64,000 nt of DNA from a virus. Positions 39,835 through 49,004 of this stretch are shown here, one piece after another. The position numbers were made by a program, and so were the translations under genes. The stretch covers positions 41,431 through 105,430 of IMG/VR virus record IMGVR_UViG_3300030099_007635; one strand, 5' to 3'. Below the pieces are notes generated by a model. The model made no database searches, was not told the origin of the DNA, and saw only the letters and a program-made list of their open reading frames with translations. Numbering within the stretch: position 1 is the stretch's first letter; each line of letters begins with the position of its first letter.

Positions 39835-40830
39835 TTACACATCATGCCCCGCTAATCGCATCATTTGTTTCATATCTAATTTACCTCCATGCTTTTTAGC
39901 TTCTTTAGATAGAGAACTAGAGTCCTTATCCCCCCCCAGATATTCAACATCTTCCTTAGTGGCACCAAACACTATTGAAGCATCAGCATCCTCCCTAATA
40001 CCACTTCTCTTCATCTTTTCATCCTTATTGTGCTGGCTTTCATGATATGCCAGAAGCCGTTCTGGATCTTGTCTTATATCATCGGGAATATTATCAGTGA
40101 ACTGAAAAATATTACTAAACATTCTCCCAAAGAGGCCAACTCTTAATTGGTAAATTGTAAGTTCTGTTATTGGTTTTCTATAAAAACCAGCAATATCCTC
40201 GCATAAAGACAAGTATAAGCTGAAAAACGGCCTCAAAACAGCTTCTTGAATTCTGGCATCAGTCAGCCTCTCTGAAATATTTGCGTGTAGCGCTGTAAGC
40301 CTTGATACCTCCCAAACCTCTAGCCTTCCAAACTCCTCCTCGGTATAAAGATGTTCTGTTAATTCTTTATTTTTAAACAATAAAAACCTTAAGATCTCAT
40401 CTGCACTTCTGTGTGAAGCATAGTCCTCTGCGGTCTTTCCAATAACATCACTTCTTTTGTTTTTAAGTTCTGAGAGTTCTTTTGATTTTTCTGAAATGCT
40501 ATTCTTTACCTTTTTTTCTTGAGACGGCAAAAATATATTTCTAAGTGTTTTTTTTAAATTTGATATTTCAAATTCCAAACCATGTATTCTTGCATCATCA
40601 TTTTCATCCCAAATCCCCTCACTTAAAACATACTTAATTCTGTCTTCTTCGGTGTCTAAGCCTCTATCTAGCGCTATCTTCTTGTATTTCTCATAATACT
40701 TATGAAGATATCTTTGGTCGCGAATATTTACATGTTTAATGTAAACAGTTTCGCCTTGCCACTCCACTTCGGTATAGCCATCAAAAGCTTCACCAACTAA
40801 GGAGATGTAAAACTCTTCCTTCTGTTTCAA
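39835..40830 (-). CDS. Hypothetical, possible tail assembly chaperone
   Basis: Position just upstream of TMP. Confidence 0.5.
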   Translation of the reverse strand: MKQKEEFYISLVGEAFDGYTEVEWQGETVYIKHVNIRDQRYLHKYYEKYKKIALDRGLDTEEDRIKYVLSEGIWDENDDARIHGLEFEISNLKKTLRNIFLPSQEKKVKNSISEKSKELSELKNKRSDVIGKTAEDYASHRSADEILRFLLFKNKELTEHLYTEEEFGRLEVWEVSRLTALHANISERLTDARIQEAVLRPFFSLYLSLCEDIAGFYRKPITELTIYQLRVGLFGRMFSNIFQFTDNIPDDIRQDPERLLAYHESQHNKDEKMKRSGIREDADASIVFGATKEDVEYLGGDKDSSSLSKEAKKHGGKLDMKQMMRLAGHDV

Positions 40831-41582
40831 AGCTCACCTTTTTCCATCTGCTCGATAAGTGAGTTAAACTCATCAGGAGAGGAGGCTTGGTTGAAGAACC
40901 AGAAAGCCAAAATATGGGTGACCTTTTTAATTACATCTCCGTAAAAATCAGAAGCCTCATCTTCCTTGAGATAATAGTCTTCAATTTTTTCTTCAAAATC
41001 TTCTCCTTTGAAATAAGGAATTGGTTTTTCGTCGTCTTCACCCTGAATATAAGTCAACATTAAAGAATACCATAGTAGCAGACGATTTTGAGCTTTAATA
41101 TCAGCAGTGTGGTCAAAAAGAGACTGCATAGTGCTTTCAGCCTCAACAATATCCCTCTTAGTCTTTGCAAGTTTGTCTTTAAGTTCATCTAGACGCTTCT
41201 TTTGTTTTTCTGTTTTCTTATCAACAACCTCAAGTCTAGCATATTCATTTTGAATATCAAAAATCTCTCTGTATAGCTTTCCATAGTCTTTTGCATCTTC
41301 TTCACTCCAGACCCCACCCGTATCGCTATACTTTTTGTAAAGCATGGCCTTTGTTAAAATACCTTTTTTGACACAACGACTCATTTCAACAGAGTATTCA
41401 AGTTCTGCATCCTCTAATTCACGACGAGACGGCCTCTTAAGCCTAATCTGAACTGGAACTTTCTCCTTTACCTTTTTGGTAACGGTTGTCTCCTCACCTG
41501 TCTTTTTGTTTTTTCGAGTATGAGTCTTCTCGATCTCCTTCTCTTCGTCAACAGTAAATGTGTATAATTCTTTAAAATCCAT
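40827..41582 (-). CDS. Hypothetical coiled-coil, possible tail assembly chaperone
   Basis: Position, charged helical sequence. Confidence 0.5.
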   Translation of the reverse strand: MDFKELYTFTVDEEKEIEKTHTRKNKKTGEETTVTKKVKEKVPVQIRLKRPSRRELEDAELEYSVEMSRCVKKGILTKAMLYKKYSDTGGVWSEEDAKDYGKLYREIFDIQNEYARLEVVDKKTEKQKKRLDELKDKLAKTKRDIVEAESTMQSLFDHTADIKAQNRLLLWYSLMLTYIQGEDDEKPIPYFKGEDFEEKIEDYYLKEDEASDFYGDVIKKVTHILAFWFFNQASSPDEFNSLIEQMEKGEL

Positions 41583-41593
41583 AACCTTATTCC

Positions 41594-41881
41594 TTATTTA
41601 AATACAAAGCTTACTCTGTAATTATCAATGCTTGAGTGAAAATTTCTAATTGATTCGTTTCCAACGTCTAAAATTCTTTTCCTGATCCAATTTACCTTGT
41701 CGGGGGTAAAGTGATTGGCGGTGTCAATTATGCCATGATATTCATTTGGAATGTGTTTGTAGAGCTTCTCATAGTGAAAATCATGATCTTTTTTCATGTC
41801 TTCTACCATCATCAGCATCATTTTAAACAGGCTAGAAATGCACTGGTCTGAATCCTCATTTAATTTTTTTTTAGCGTCCAT
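41594..41881 (-). CDS. Hypothetical protein
   Basis: 95-aa ORF heading the operon. Confidence 0.6.
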   Translation of the reverse strand: MDAKKKLNEDSDQCISSLFKMMLMMVEDMKKDHDFHYEKLYKHIPNEYHGIIDTANHFTPDKVNWIRKRILDVGNESIRNFHSSIDNYRVSFVFK

Positions 41882-41926
41882 GCCTTAATCCTATCTTATT
41901 ATATAATTAAAAGTGTAAAAATCAAT

Positions 41927-42397
41927 ATGGCTGGGTTTTTATCACAAGATCAAATTAATAAAGTCAGAAACCTTATGGGTAATCTGCACACCACATTTGC
42001 TAGAACAATTACAGTTTACAAAAATGCAAAGAAAACTCTAATAGCATCTAATAATTCGTGGAATTCATTATATCGCAGGACAAACACAGGCTCCAATGAC
42101 TCAGTAGAGTATACTACAGTTTCTTCCACTTTTGAGGCTAGAATATATTATGATAACATGGACACCTCATATTTTACGGACGATGGACCCACTGAACAAG
42201 CTGGCACACAAAATAAAGTGGTTGTTCCAGACGGAACCGTGCGAATTGTAGTCGAAGAGGCTGGTTATGACTACTTAAGTGAAGCTAGAAGGGTCGAGTT
42301 TGATGGCACTAAATTTATTATTGAAAGCGATGGAAAACCTCGGGGCTTTACCGCCAAACAGTTTTATACTTTTGTTCTTACTCCTGTAGATTCATAA
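41927..42397 (+). CDS. Putative head-closure/neck protein
   Basis: beta-rich, first gene of neck-tube operon, GTGTAA upstream. Confidence 0.5.
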   Translation: MAGFLSQDQINKVRNLMGNLHTTFARTITVYKNAKKTLIASNNSWNSLYRRTNTGSNDSVEYTTVSSTFEARIYYDNMDTSYFTDDGPTEQAGTQNKVVVPDGTVRIVVEEAGYDYLSEARRVEFDGTKFIIESDGKPRGFTAKQFYTFVLTPVDS

Positions 42398-42975
42398 TGG
42401 CTATTCCTTTAGACGTAAAGCTCGACCTCCAACAGCAAGTTCCCCGACAAATGAGAAGGGATTTGCAGAGGGTTGCTACAGAAAACTTCAAAAAAGTAAA
42501 GAGGGAAATGATTGAGGAGTTTCTTGCTAATCCGATTACTCAAGAAATTTTAGCAGGACCAGAAGGATCTAATATAAGCGGAACCTTGGGAAGTGTTGGT
42601 AATCTTTTTGCATTTATTGGTTTTGAAAGGGGGGAACAGCCCATTAGCCCTATTTTAACACTTCTTGAGGGAGTAACGCTTGAATACAGAAAACCCACAA
42701 AAAATCTAGGAATGGGCATTATTTTTGAAGTGACACTTCCAACCGCCGAAGATATTTTTGCAGTTACGCCCTTGCCTTGGGCTAGTGGAAGAAGTTGGGC
42801 AGAAGGAATTGAAAGAGGTTTGTCTGGTTTAGGTTATTTACTAAGAAAAAACAAGGGTAGATCGGGCGCTGCAATCCAAAGTCGTGTAAAGGTTAGGGGA
42901 GGCCGATTCCATAACACTCCGTATATTTCTGCGTTTATACGCAAATATAAAAAAAGATTTGAAGATTTACAATGA
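42397..42975 (+). CDS. Putative neck/tail completion protein
   Basis: Position; coupled ORF. Confidence 0.45.
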   Translation: MAIPLDVKLDLQQQVPRQMRRDLQRVATENFKKVKREMIEEFLANPITQEILAGPEGSNISGTLGSVGNLFAFIGFERGEQPISPILTLLEGVTLEYRKPTKNLGMGIIFEVTLPTAEDIFAVTPLPWASGRSWAEGIERGLSGLGYLLRKNKGRSGAAIQSRVKVRGGRFHNTPYISAFIRKYKKRFEDLQ

Positions 42976-43820
42976 TTGAACAATTCCAGCACAAACTAAC
43001 CACTTCATTTTTTCTGTGGTTTGATAATTTCCTACTGGAAAAAGGGGAGGCTTATACAAACACAACTGGGGAATTCTTCTATTACGAAGACCCCCGCCTT
43101 GATTCAACCTATAAAGCCTATGGAAGCCCTTATAAGCAGTGGGTAACCGATTCTGCTATCACGGGCGCGACCATACCTAACGGTGTTTTTATTAATAATG
43201 GTTTTTCAGGAAGAAGTGATGGGGTTGTGCTAGATTTTGATAACGGCAGAGCTTTGATTTCAGGATCAGCTACAGATTCAACGGTAACTGGGGAATTTGC
43301 TGTTAAAGACTTTAGTGTATATCTCACAAACGACACAGAAGACGATCTAATCGTAGAAAACAAATATGTTGTTAATTCCAGAGTCCCCTCTGGCCCACTT
43401 ACATATATTGCTCCTTACGACGATGTTGTTCCTGCTATTTTCCTCTCTATATCTGATACAGAAAACAAGCCCCTTGCTTTTGGCGGCTTGGAGGACACCG
43501 TTGTTCACGCTAAAGCAGTTGTAATGGCAGAAGATACTTATCAACTAGATGGGGTTTTGTCTATTTTCATGGACTCTGTAAACGAAGTAATGACTGCCAT
43601 ACCTATGAGCGGATACCCAATCACTGAGCTTGGAGACCTTAAAAATGACACATATTCATACACTGGAACTAAAGAGGGCTACGAGAGCGATACTAAATTT
43701 TTTATAGACAAAGTAAAAACTTCAAAATTAAGCGATAGAACCAAAAGTGTCTTAGCTAATGAATTATATATAGGATTTATTGATTTTGACATACAGCAGC
43801 ACAGATATCGCTTCTCTTAA
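42972..43820 (+). CDS. Putative tail terminator/structural protein
   Basis: Position before tube gene; PAIFLS motif. Confidence 0.45.
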   Translation: MIEQFQHKLTTSFFLWFDNFLLEKGEAYTNTTGEFFYYEDPRLDSTYKAYGSPYKQWVTDSAITGATIPNGVFINNGFSGRSDGVVLDFDNGRALISGSATDSTVTGEFAVKDFSVYLTNDTEDDLIVENKYVVNSRVPSGPLTYIAPYDDVVPAIFLSISDTENKPLAFGGLEDTVVHAKAVVMAEDTYQLDGVLSIFMDSVNEVMTAIPMSGYPITELGDLKNDTYSYTGTKEGYESDTKFFIDKVKTSKLSDRTKSVLANELYIGFIDFDIQQHRYRFS

Positions 43821-43868
43821 TTTCATATTTTCTAATTAAAAATGTAAACAACAGAAAGAATCTTTATC

Positions 43869-45023
43869 ATGGCCAATAGAAACAGAGTAATTTACCAATC
43901 AGAAGGACTATACGTTAGCAAAGATGCGTCTTTAACCGCACTTGCTGACAACGAACAACTCGGAAGGGTTCAAAGTGCTAACTATAGTTATACCATTAAC
44001 AGACAGGATGTTAACCAGTATGGAGAGCTTGCAAGGCTTGACTCTATTGTATTAGATCCTCCCACTGTTAATGTTGATTTTAGCTATCTCATTACGGATG
44101 GTTTTAACGAAAGGGCATTAGGTTTTTTCGTTCAAAACTCTGGAACGAGTCAGAGAGGGGCAACCGCAGGAGCAAATACTCTAGGTAACTTCGCTTCGGG
44201 CCACATGGTTGCTACCTCGGGTGCTAACATTTACATTGTAACTTCTGAGGATGGAACTGACCTTAATGGAAGCACCTTGGGGACTGACGATACTGTTATC
44301 GGCATTGGTAACTGCTACATTTCCGATTATTCAATTGACCTTTCTGTAGGATCACTTCCCACAGCTTCGGTAACCATGGAGGGAGCGAATATGCGCTCAG
44401 ACACTAGCGGTGCAAACTTTAGAACGCCCGCAATTAACCAAGAGAACGGAGACGCAGATCCTTCAAATAGCGCTCCCAAGATGGTTGTTCTTCCTGCTCC
44501 ATCACAAAGCCCAGGAGGAACATCTTCAGATCCAGACCGCACTCCCATTGCCTTACGCCCAGGAGACATCACACTCCACTTTGCTAATGTTGATGGAGAA
44601 ACGATTGCTGAGCTTTCAGGAGATGGACCAGCACACGTTCAAAGTGTTTCTATCTCTCTTCCGCTTTCAAGAACGCCACTTCAGCGCTTGGGTAGTAAAT
44701 TCCCATTTTCTCGTTCTGTTGATTTCCCTGTAAACGTTAGCCTTTCCGCTAGCGCCATCATGAACCAAACACAGGCAAGTAGTCTTGCAAGTGTCTTAGA
44801 TTCTGGTAATCAAACGGTTGGCGTTAGCATTAAAGATCCAGACGGATATAATGCTGTGAGATACGAGCTTAAAGAAGCTAAGCTTGACAGCGAATCCTTC
44901 TCTTCAAGTATCGGAGCAAACAAGACTGTTGACCTTACATTCTCTGCACAAGTTGGCGGTCCTAGTGACAACACTGCTGGATTATTCATGAGCGGATCTA
45001 ATGCACAAACAATCTTTGCTTAA
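43869..45023 (+). CDS. Major tail tube protein
   Basis: S/T/G-rich beta protein, internal duplication (RVQSANY / HVQSVSI), follows neck genes. Confidence 0.65.
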   Translation: MANRNRVIYQSEGLYVSKDASLTALADNEQLGRVQSANYSYTINRQDVNQYGELARLDSIVLDPPTVNVDFSYLITDGFNERALGFFVQNSGTSQRGATAGANTLGNFASGHMVATSGANIYIVTSEDGTDLNGSTLGTDDTVIGIGNCYISDYSIDLSVGSLPTASVTMEGANMRSDTSGANFRTPAINQENGDADPSNSAPKMVVLPAPSQSPGGTSSDPDRTPIALRPGDITLHFANVDGETIAELSGDGPAHVQSVSISLPLSRTPLQRLGSKFPFSRSVDFPVNVSLSASAIMNQTQASSLASVLDSGNQTVGVSIKDPDGYNAVRYELKEAKLDSESFSSSIGANKTVDLTFSAQVGGPSDNTAGLFMSGSNAQTIFA

Positions 45024-45041
45024 GATTAACCTTTTATAAAT

Positions 45042-45179
45042 ATGGCTTCAGATAAACCAACTGATAAGAAGTGGACCCCTCCTAAAAAGGAGACTCCCAA
45101 ACAGGAAACTAAAGTTCCTAAGGGAGAGTCGATTGATGCTAAACGCGCCCGCGAAAGAGGATACAAAGATACAAAATAA
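45042..45179 (+). CDS. Small Lys/Pro-rich protein (45 aa)
   Basis: Not in track; MASDKPTDKKWTPPKKETPKQETKVPKGESIDAKRARERGYKDTK fills the gap. Confidence 0.55.
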   Translation: MASDKPTDKKWTPPKKETPKQETKVPKGESIDAKRARERGYKDTK

Positions 45180-45181
45180 TC

Positions 45182-45433
45182 ATGAGTGAACCTAAGAAGA
45201 AGGTAGCTAAGAAAAAGGCTGCTCCACAAAAGAAGGAAGTCTCCCCAAAGGAAGTCGCTAAGAAAGAGGTTCCCAAGAAAGAGGTTCCCAAGAAAGAGGA
45301 AGAGGTTCACACAAGCTTCGCTTCATTAAAGAAATCTTACTTTAAGAAGCTAAGGGCTAACCCCTCTGATGCGATGTCTTTAAAGGCTCAATACATCAAG
45401 GATCGTAACGATCTTAGAGGTAAGCTTAAGTAA
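45182..45433 (+). CDS. Small Lys-rich protein with KKEVP repeats
   Basis: KKKVAKKKAAPQKKEVSPKEVAKKEVPKKEVPKK. Confidence 0.65.
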   Translation: MSEPKKKVAKKKAAPQKKEVSPKEVAKKEVPKKEVPKKEEEVHTSFASLKKSYFKKLRANPSDAMSLKAQYIKDRNDLRGKLK

Positions 45434-45435
45434 CC

Positions 45436-45921
45436 TTAGCGGTAAACTAATCCCAATCCACTACCGTCTATACCTCCCAGTTGTCTGGGCTGAGCTTGAT
45501 AGATATTATACTGGGCGGCTAATCGAGTCACTTTCTCCATACAGTCGCTTGCAAGTCCTCTATAGACTTTCGATACCTCATTGCGATTAATGAACGTTAC
45601 AGAGCTTTCTCCGTCCCTTAGCGACAAAACGTTATCTCCACTCACATTTGAACTTACGATGCCTCTAAGGGCGTTTCTAGCCTCTTTATTGTAGTAATTA
45701 CAGAGGTATAGTTCTTTTAGCACACTCTGTGCCTCGACATCCATTTCTCCATAAAGTCCAGTAGCATCTTCTCCATTAAAATCAGTATATAAATAAGTGT
45801 TAACTTGGCCAAGATTCTCATACAACCAACCACTTACACTAGATACGGTGGCTATTCCTGTGTCACCATCGAATTCGGTAACTACAATCCCTGAGGCAAG
45901 GTCTTCTAATACGTTGGGCAT
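45436..45921 (-). CDS. Putative head-tail adaptor
   Basis: Helical 161 aa, downstream of head genes, GTGTAA upstream. Confidence 0.45.
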   Translation of the reverse strand: MPNVLEDLASGIVVTEFDGDTGIATVSSVSGWLYENLGQVNTYLYTDFNGEDATGLYGEMDVEAQSVLKELYLCNYYNKEARNALRGIVSSNVSGDNVLSLRDGESSVTFINRNEVSKVYRGLASDCMEKVTRLAAQYNIYQAQPRQLGGIDGSGLGLVYR

Positions 45922-45951
45922 GTAATATATTACACTTTGTTTATAATTTAA

Positions 45952-46614
45952 TCATAAAGATTTCACCTCAATAACTAGCGCACTTTTGGGGGCGTTACTG
46001 GTGGAAAGAGTAAACCAATGATAACTGTCTACCTTAGGGTTTTCATCAAGCAGTCTTTCTATTAGAATCTTGCTATAACAATTATGATGAACCTCTCCGC
46101 TGGTATTGGGATTGTCTAAAGAAATCTTATGCTGATCACTTAAGTTTTGTGTGGGGCTAATAAAGAAGCTTAAGACTACCTTTCCCTTCGATACCCTAAT
46201 CATCTCCTTCAACGGTAATTCGATATTGCTCATGTGCTCCACAACATGACGGCTATGCACTAAATCAAAAGAGTTATCGTCAAAGGGTATCTCGTTCAGA
46301 GACCCCTGAACACAGTTGATATCCCTAGACTTATTAAACTCTACAATTTTGGGAGTTATGTCCATCCCAGTATATTTTAAACCCTTTTTATCTTGTAGTC
46401 CATAATACTCTGGACAACCTCCACACCCAGCATCTAAAATGCTCTCAAAGTCTCCAAAAAAATTTCTTACCTCTACCCTATCTCTTTCCATAGGATCACC
46501 CATCCAATCCTTAAAACTCTCTAGAGTTGGGGCTTCATGTGTTACCCCTGCGTGAGTATAATTACCGCCCCCAAGGTTGGTCTCCCACCACTTCTCGTAA
46601 CTTTTAAGATCCAT
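45952..46614 (-). CDS. Class I SAM-dependent methyltransferase
   Basis: ILDAGCG, GMDI, IPFDDNSFDLVHSRHVVEH, EMIRV. Confidence 0.88.
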   Translation of the reverse strand: MDLKSYEKWWETNLGGGNYTHAGVTHEAPTLESFKDWMGDPMERDRVEVRNFFGDFESILDAGCGGCPEYYGLQDKKGLKYTGMDITPKIVEFNKSRDINCVQGSLNEIPFDDNSFDLVHSRHVVEHMSNIELPLKEMIRVSKGKVVLSFFISPTQNLSDQHKISLDNPNTSGEVHHNCYSKILIERLLDENPKVDSYHWFTLSTSNAPKSALVIEVKSL

Positions 46615-47056
46615 TTAACCAGTCTCTTAGTTCTTTTTGTTTTGGGTCATTTGGGTCTAGTTCTAATGCTGGCTCAGGAAGAGGCGCAGTAAAAATATTT
46701 CCCCTACTTTGCAATCTACGAAATTCTTTAATAATATTTGCTGTGACAATCTCCTTATTATAAAAGGGATTAATACCTACCTTTTTAGCAAATTGCTGTA
46801 AATCAGCCTTACCCATTTTTGCAAGGCGTTCTTTTAAAATGGTAATATCATTAGTTCCAAAAGAATTAGTTTCTCCCGTTCCAAAAAGAACCTCAACCTC
46901 CTCCAAGACTTTCCTGTAGTGGGCAGTGCTTGTTTCGCCCTTGTCCTGTAGCTCTCTTAACTCCTCAAGTAAGCCTTTTTTTGCAGGTTGCTCTTGCCCC
47001 GTGGTCACCTCATTAAAAGGCTGTTTCTTTTTTGGTGTTTTCTTTTTAGCGGCCAT
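46604..47056 (-). CDS. Hypothetical virion-region protein
   Basis: 150-aa ORF after MCP terminator, GTGTAT upstream. Confidence 0.6.
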   Translation of the reverse strand: MAAKKKTPKKKQPFNEVTTGQEQPAKKGLLEELRELQDKGETSTAHYRKVLEEVEVLFGTGETNSFGTNDITILKERLAKMGKADLQQFAKKVGINPFYNKEIVTANIIKEFRRLQSRGNIFTAPLPEPALELDPNDPKQKELRDWLNGS

Positions 47057-47088
47057 ACAATATTATATACACTTGACTAATAAATTAC

Positions 47089-47124
47089 AAAAAAAAAGCC
47101 GCCCCCCGCAGGAGACGGCTTTTT
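47089..47124 (-). terminator. Intrinsic terminator after major capsid gene
   Basis: AAAAAGCCGTCTCCTGCGGGGGGCGGCTTTTTTTTT hairpin plus U-tract on the minus strand. Confidence 0.85.
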
Positions 47125-47142
47125 AAGTTGAGAGCTTAACTA

Positions 47143-48294
47143 TTATCGCTCAATAGCAGTTCCAACCAGAACGCGGTTATCGAGAACCACGCGACCCTCT
47201 TCGACAGAGCCGAAGTAGCCGATCTTATTCTGGCGAATGCTATACTGATCGTCAGCGATCAGCGTGAATTCGCTTCCGCTTTCGGAGTCAGTTGCGACCA
47301 CGCGCATAAGGGAATCGCGACTGCGATCCACACCTACGACGATCTCGTCATCAGAAGTAAAGGCGAAGCTGGAGGTTGTGCTCAGCGAGGTGTATGTTGC
47401 ACCGCCAGCAGCAGTGTTAAACAGATCGTTGAACTTCTGACCAGCACCCATCTCGTTGTATTCCAAGATGTTAAGGCCCATGAAGCTTGTGATGCCACCG
47501 TTATTGTAGAGTTCATTACGAACCTGCTCAGGAGCAGCAATCGGCATTTCACCAGCACCAAGGCCGCTTCCGTCAACATCTTTAGTGTTTACGGGGTTGT
47601 AAGCTTGTGCGCGAATATCACCCACAACCTCAGGAGAACAGATCAAATCGGTGATCCCACGGGTGCGAGTAGTTGGAGTTCCTGCAATCCAAGAGCTATT
47701 AATACGCTTAGAGAGAGTGAACAGATCGTTAATATCCGCAAGCATAAACTTGTCCTTAATGGCATTAGCGATAATGTGAGAGTCGTTTGTAGCAGTGGAA
47801 GACTTCGTGGATGCGTTGGCAAGAGAAGTCATAAGCAAGCTAGCGGAAGTGCGCTCCTGCTTAAGAAGAATCTCTTGGGCTACGCGAGTAAAAGTCTTAC
47901 CCACAACGTCCATGCGGCTTTTGGCAGCATAGCGACGATCAAAATCAACCGCACTATCAAGGCTGTATGTAGCCAGCTTCAGTTCAGAAGCGGTTGGTAG
48001 CACTTGGTTGCTTGGAAGACCACCTGCATGAGTCTGACTCCACACCCTAACGTAATCTTCGTCAGCGATGTCGTAGTAGAGATCAAGAGGGATGCTTGGG
48101 TTATCATCAGCATCAAATTGAAGTGACTGGAACAGATTGCTCACTGTAGGAGCGTTGTTGAGAACCTCGGCCAAAACTGGTCCGATGAAATCAGCAAGTG
48201 CAACCTGAGCCTCGTATGCAACACTGCGGTTGCGCGAAGCCATAGCTTTTACAAGCTCGACTTGTTCTGGGGTTCTTTTTAAAGTAATTTTCAT
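47143..48294 (-). CDS. Major capsid protein
   Basis: 383 aa, follows protease/scaffold and decoration genes, highly biased codons, strong terminator. Confidence 0.8.
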   Translation of the reverse strand: MKITLKRTPEQVELVKAMASRNRSVAYEAQVALADFIGPVLAEVLNNAPTVSNLFQSLQFDADDNPSIPLDLYYDIADEDYVRVWSQTHAGGLPSNQVLPTASELKLATYSLDSAVDFDRRYAAKSRMDVVGKTFTRVAQEILLKQERTSASLLMTSLANASTKSSTATNDSHIIANAIKDKFMLADINDLFTLSKRINSSWIAGTPTTRTRGITDLICSPEVVGDIRAQAYNPVNTKDVDGSGLGAGEMPIAAPEQVRNELYNNGGITSFMGLNILEYNEMGAGQKFNDLFNTAAGGATYTSLSTTSSFAFTSDDEIVVGVDRSRDSLMRVVATDSESGSEFTLIADDQYSIRQNKIGYFGSVEEGRVVLDNRVLVGTAIER

Positions 48295-48315
48295 GTTATA
48301 AAATCCTTTCTGAAA

Positions 48316-48984
48316 TTAGTTACAATCAAACGAGATAACGATATAATCACCAGAGAACTGATCTGTAGTGATTCCGACATTTGCGCGATGACCAGTTCCA
48401 AGAACGTGACCGAAGACTTTATCTTCGTCTACTAAGTCCCCAGTAGTGATGTCATCAACTCCGACAGTGGCAAAACCAGTGATTTTACCAGCGTTAGTCG
48501 GAGAGAGTTTGATCCTATTTCCTGGTGTGTAGCGATCAACTGCACCTTCAAATGCTTTGCTACTTAAAGTAACAATTCCCTTAGTGAGAACTGGAACAGC
48601 TTGCCCTGGAAGGATAGCTTGGAGTTCCTCTGCTTTTTGAGGGTTGTAGAGCAGCTTTTCGCCGTTCTCGTCGTTCTTAGCGGTTTGATAAAGAGTCATG
48701 CCAAGGCAGTGATCTTCATCTTTTGCTCCCGTAATTTTAAGATTAACTTTCGGATACATCTCTGAAGTCCCAAGAAACGGATAACTGGTATCACCCAGAT
48801 AACCGTCCGTGGTGTAGCTTACAGGATCTGCATCAAAGTTACCGTCTGATACTTTTACGAAAACGCCAGCATCGCCAGCGCCTTCTCCAGTAGTGCTATC
48901 GAGAACATCGCTGTCAATGACAGAAAACATGTTCACGACATCGTGATCAGAGTATTGTCTGAATGGTAGAATGCGTAAAGCCAT
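48316..48984 (-). CDS. Putative capsid decoration protein
   Basis: Between scaffold and MCP; GQAVPVLTKG; biased codons. Confidence 0.55.
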   Translation of the reverse strand: MALRILPFRQYSDHDVVNMFSVIDSDVLDSTTGEGAGDAGVFVKVSDGNFDADPVSYTTDGYLGDTSYPFLGTSEMYPKVNLKITGAKDEDHCLGMTLYQTAKNDENGEKLLYNPQKAEELQAILPGQAVPVLTKGIVTLSSKAFEGAVDRYTPGNRIKLSPTNAGKITGFATVGVDDITTGDLVDEDKVFGHVLGTGHRANVGITTDQFSGDYIVISFDCN

Positions 48985-49004
48985 AATTTTTAGTTGTTAG
49001 TGAA

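Noticed and set aside
39835-41582. Classical tail-chaperone G/GT frameshift
   Set aside because: Both ORFs have their own start and stop with a 4-nt overlap; no convincing slippery heptamer found
45035-45042. T4-type late promoter TATAAATA (also near 26042 and 58078)
   Set aside because: Few occurrences in AT-rich DNA and absent before the main structural genes; GTGTAA fits better
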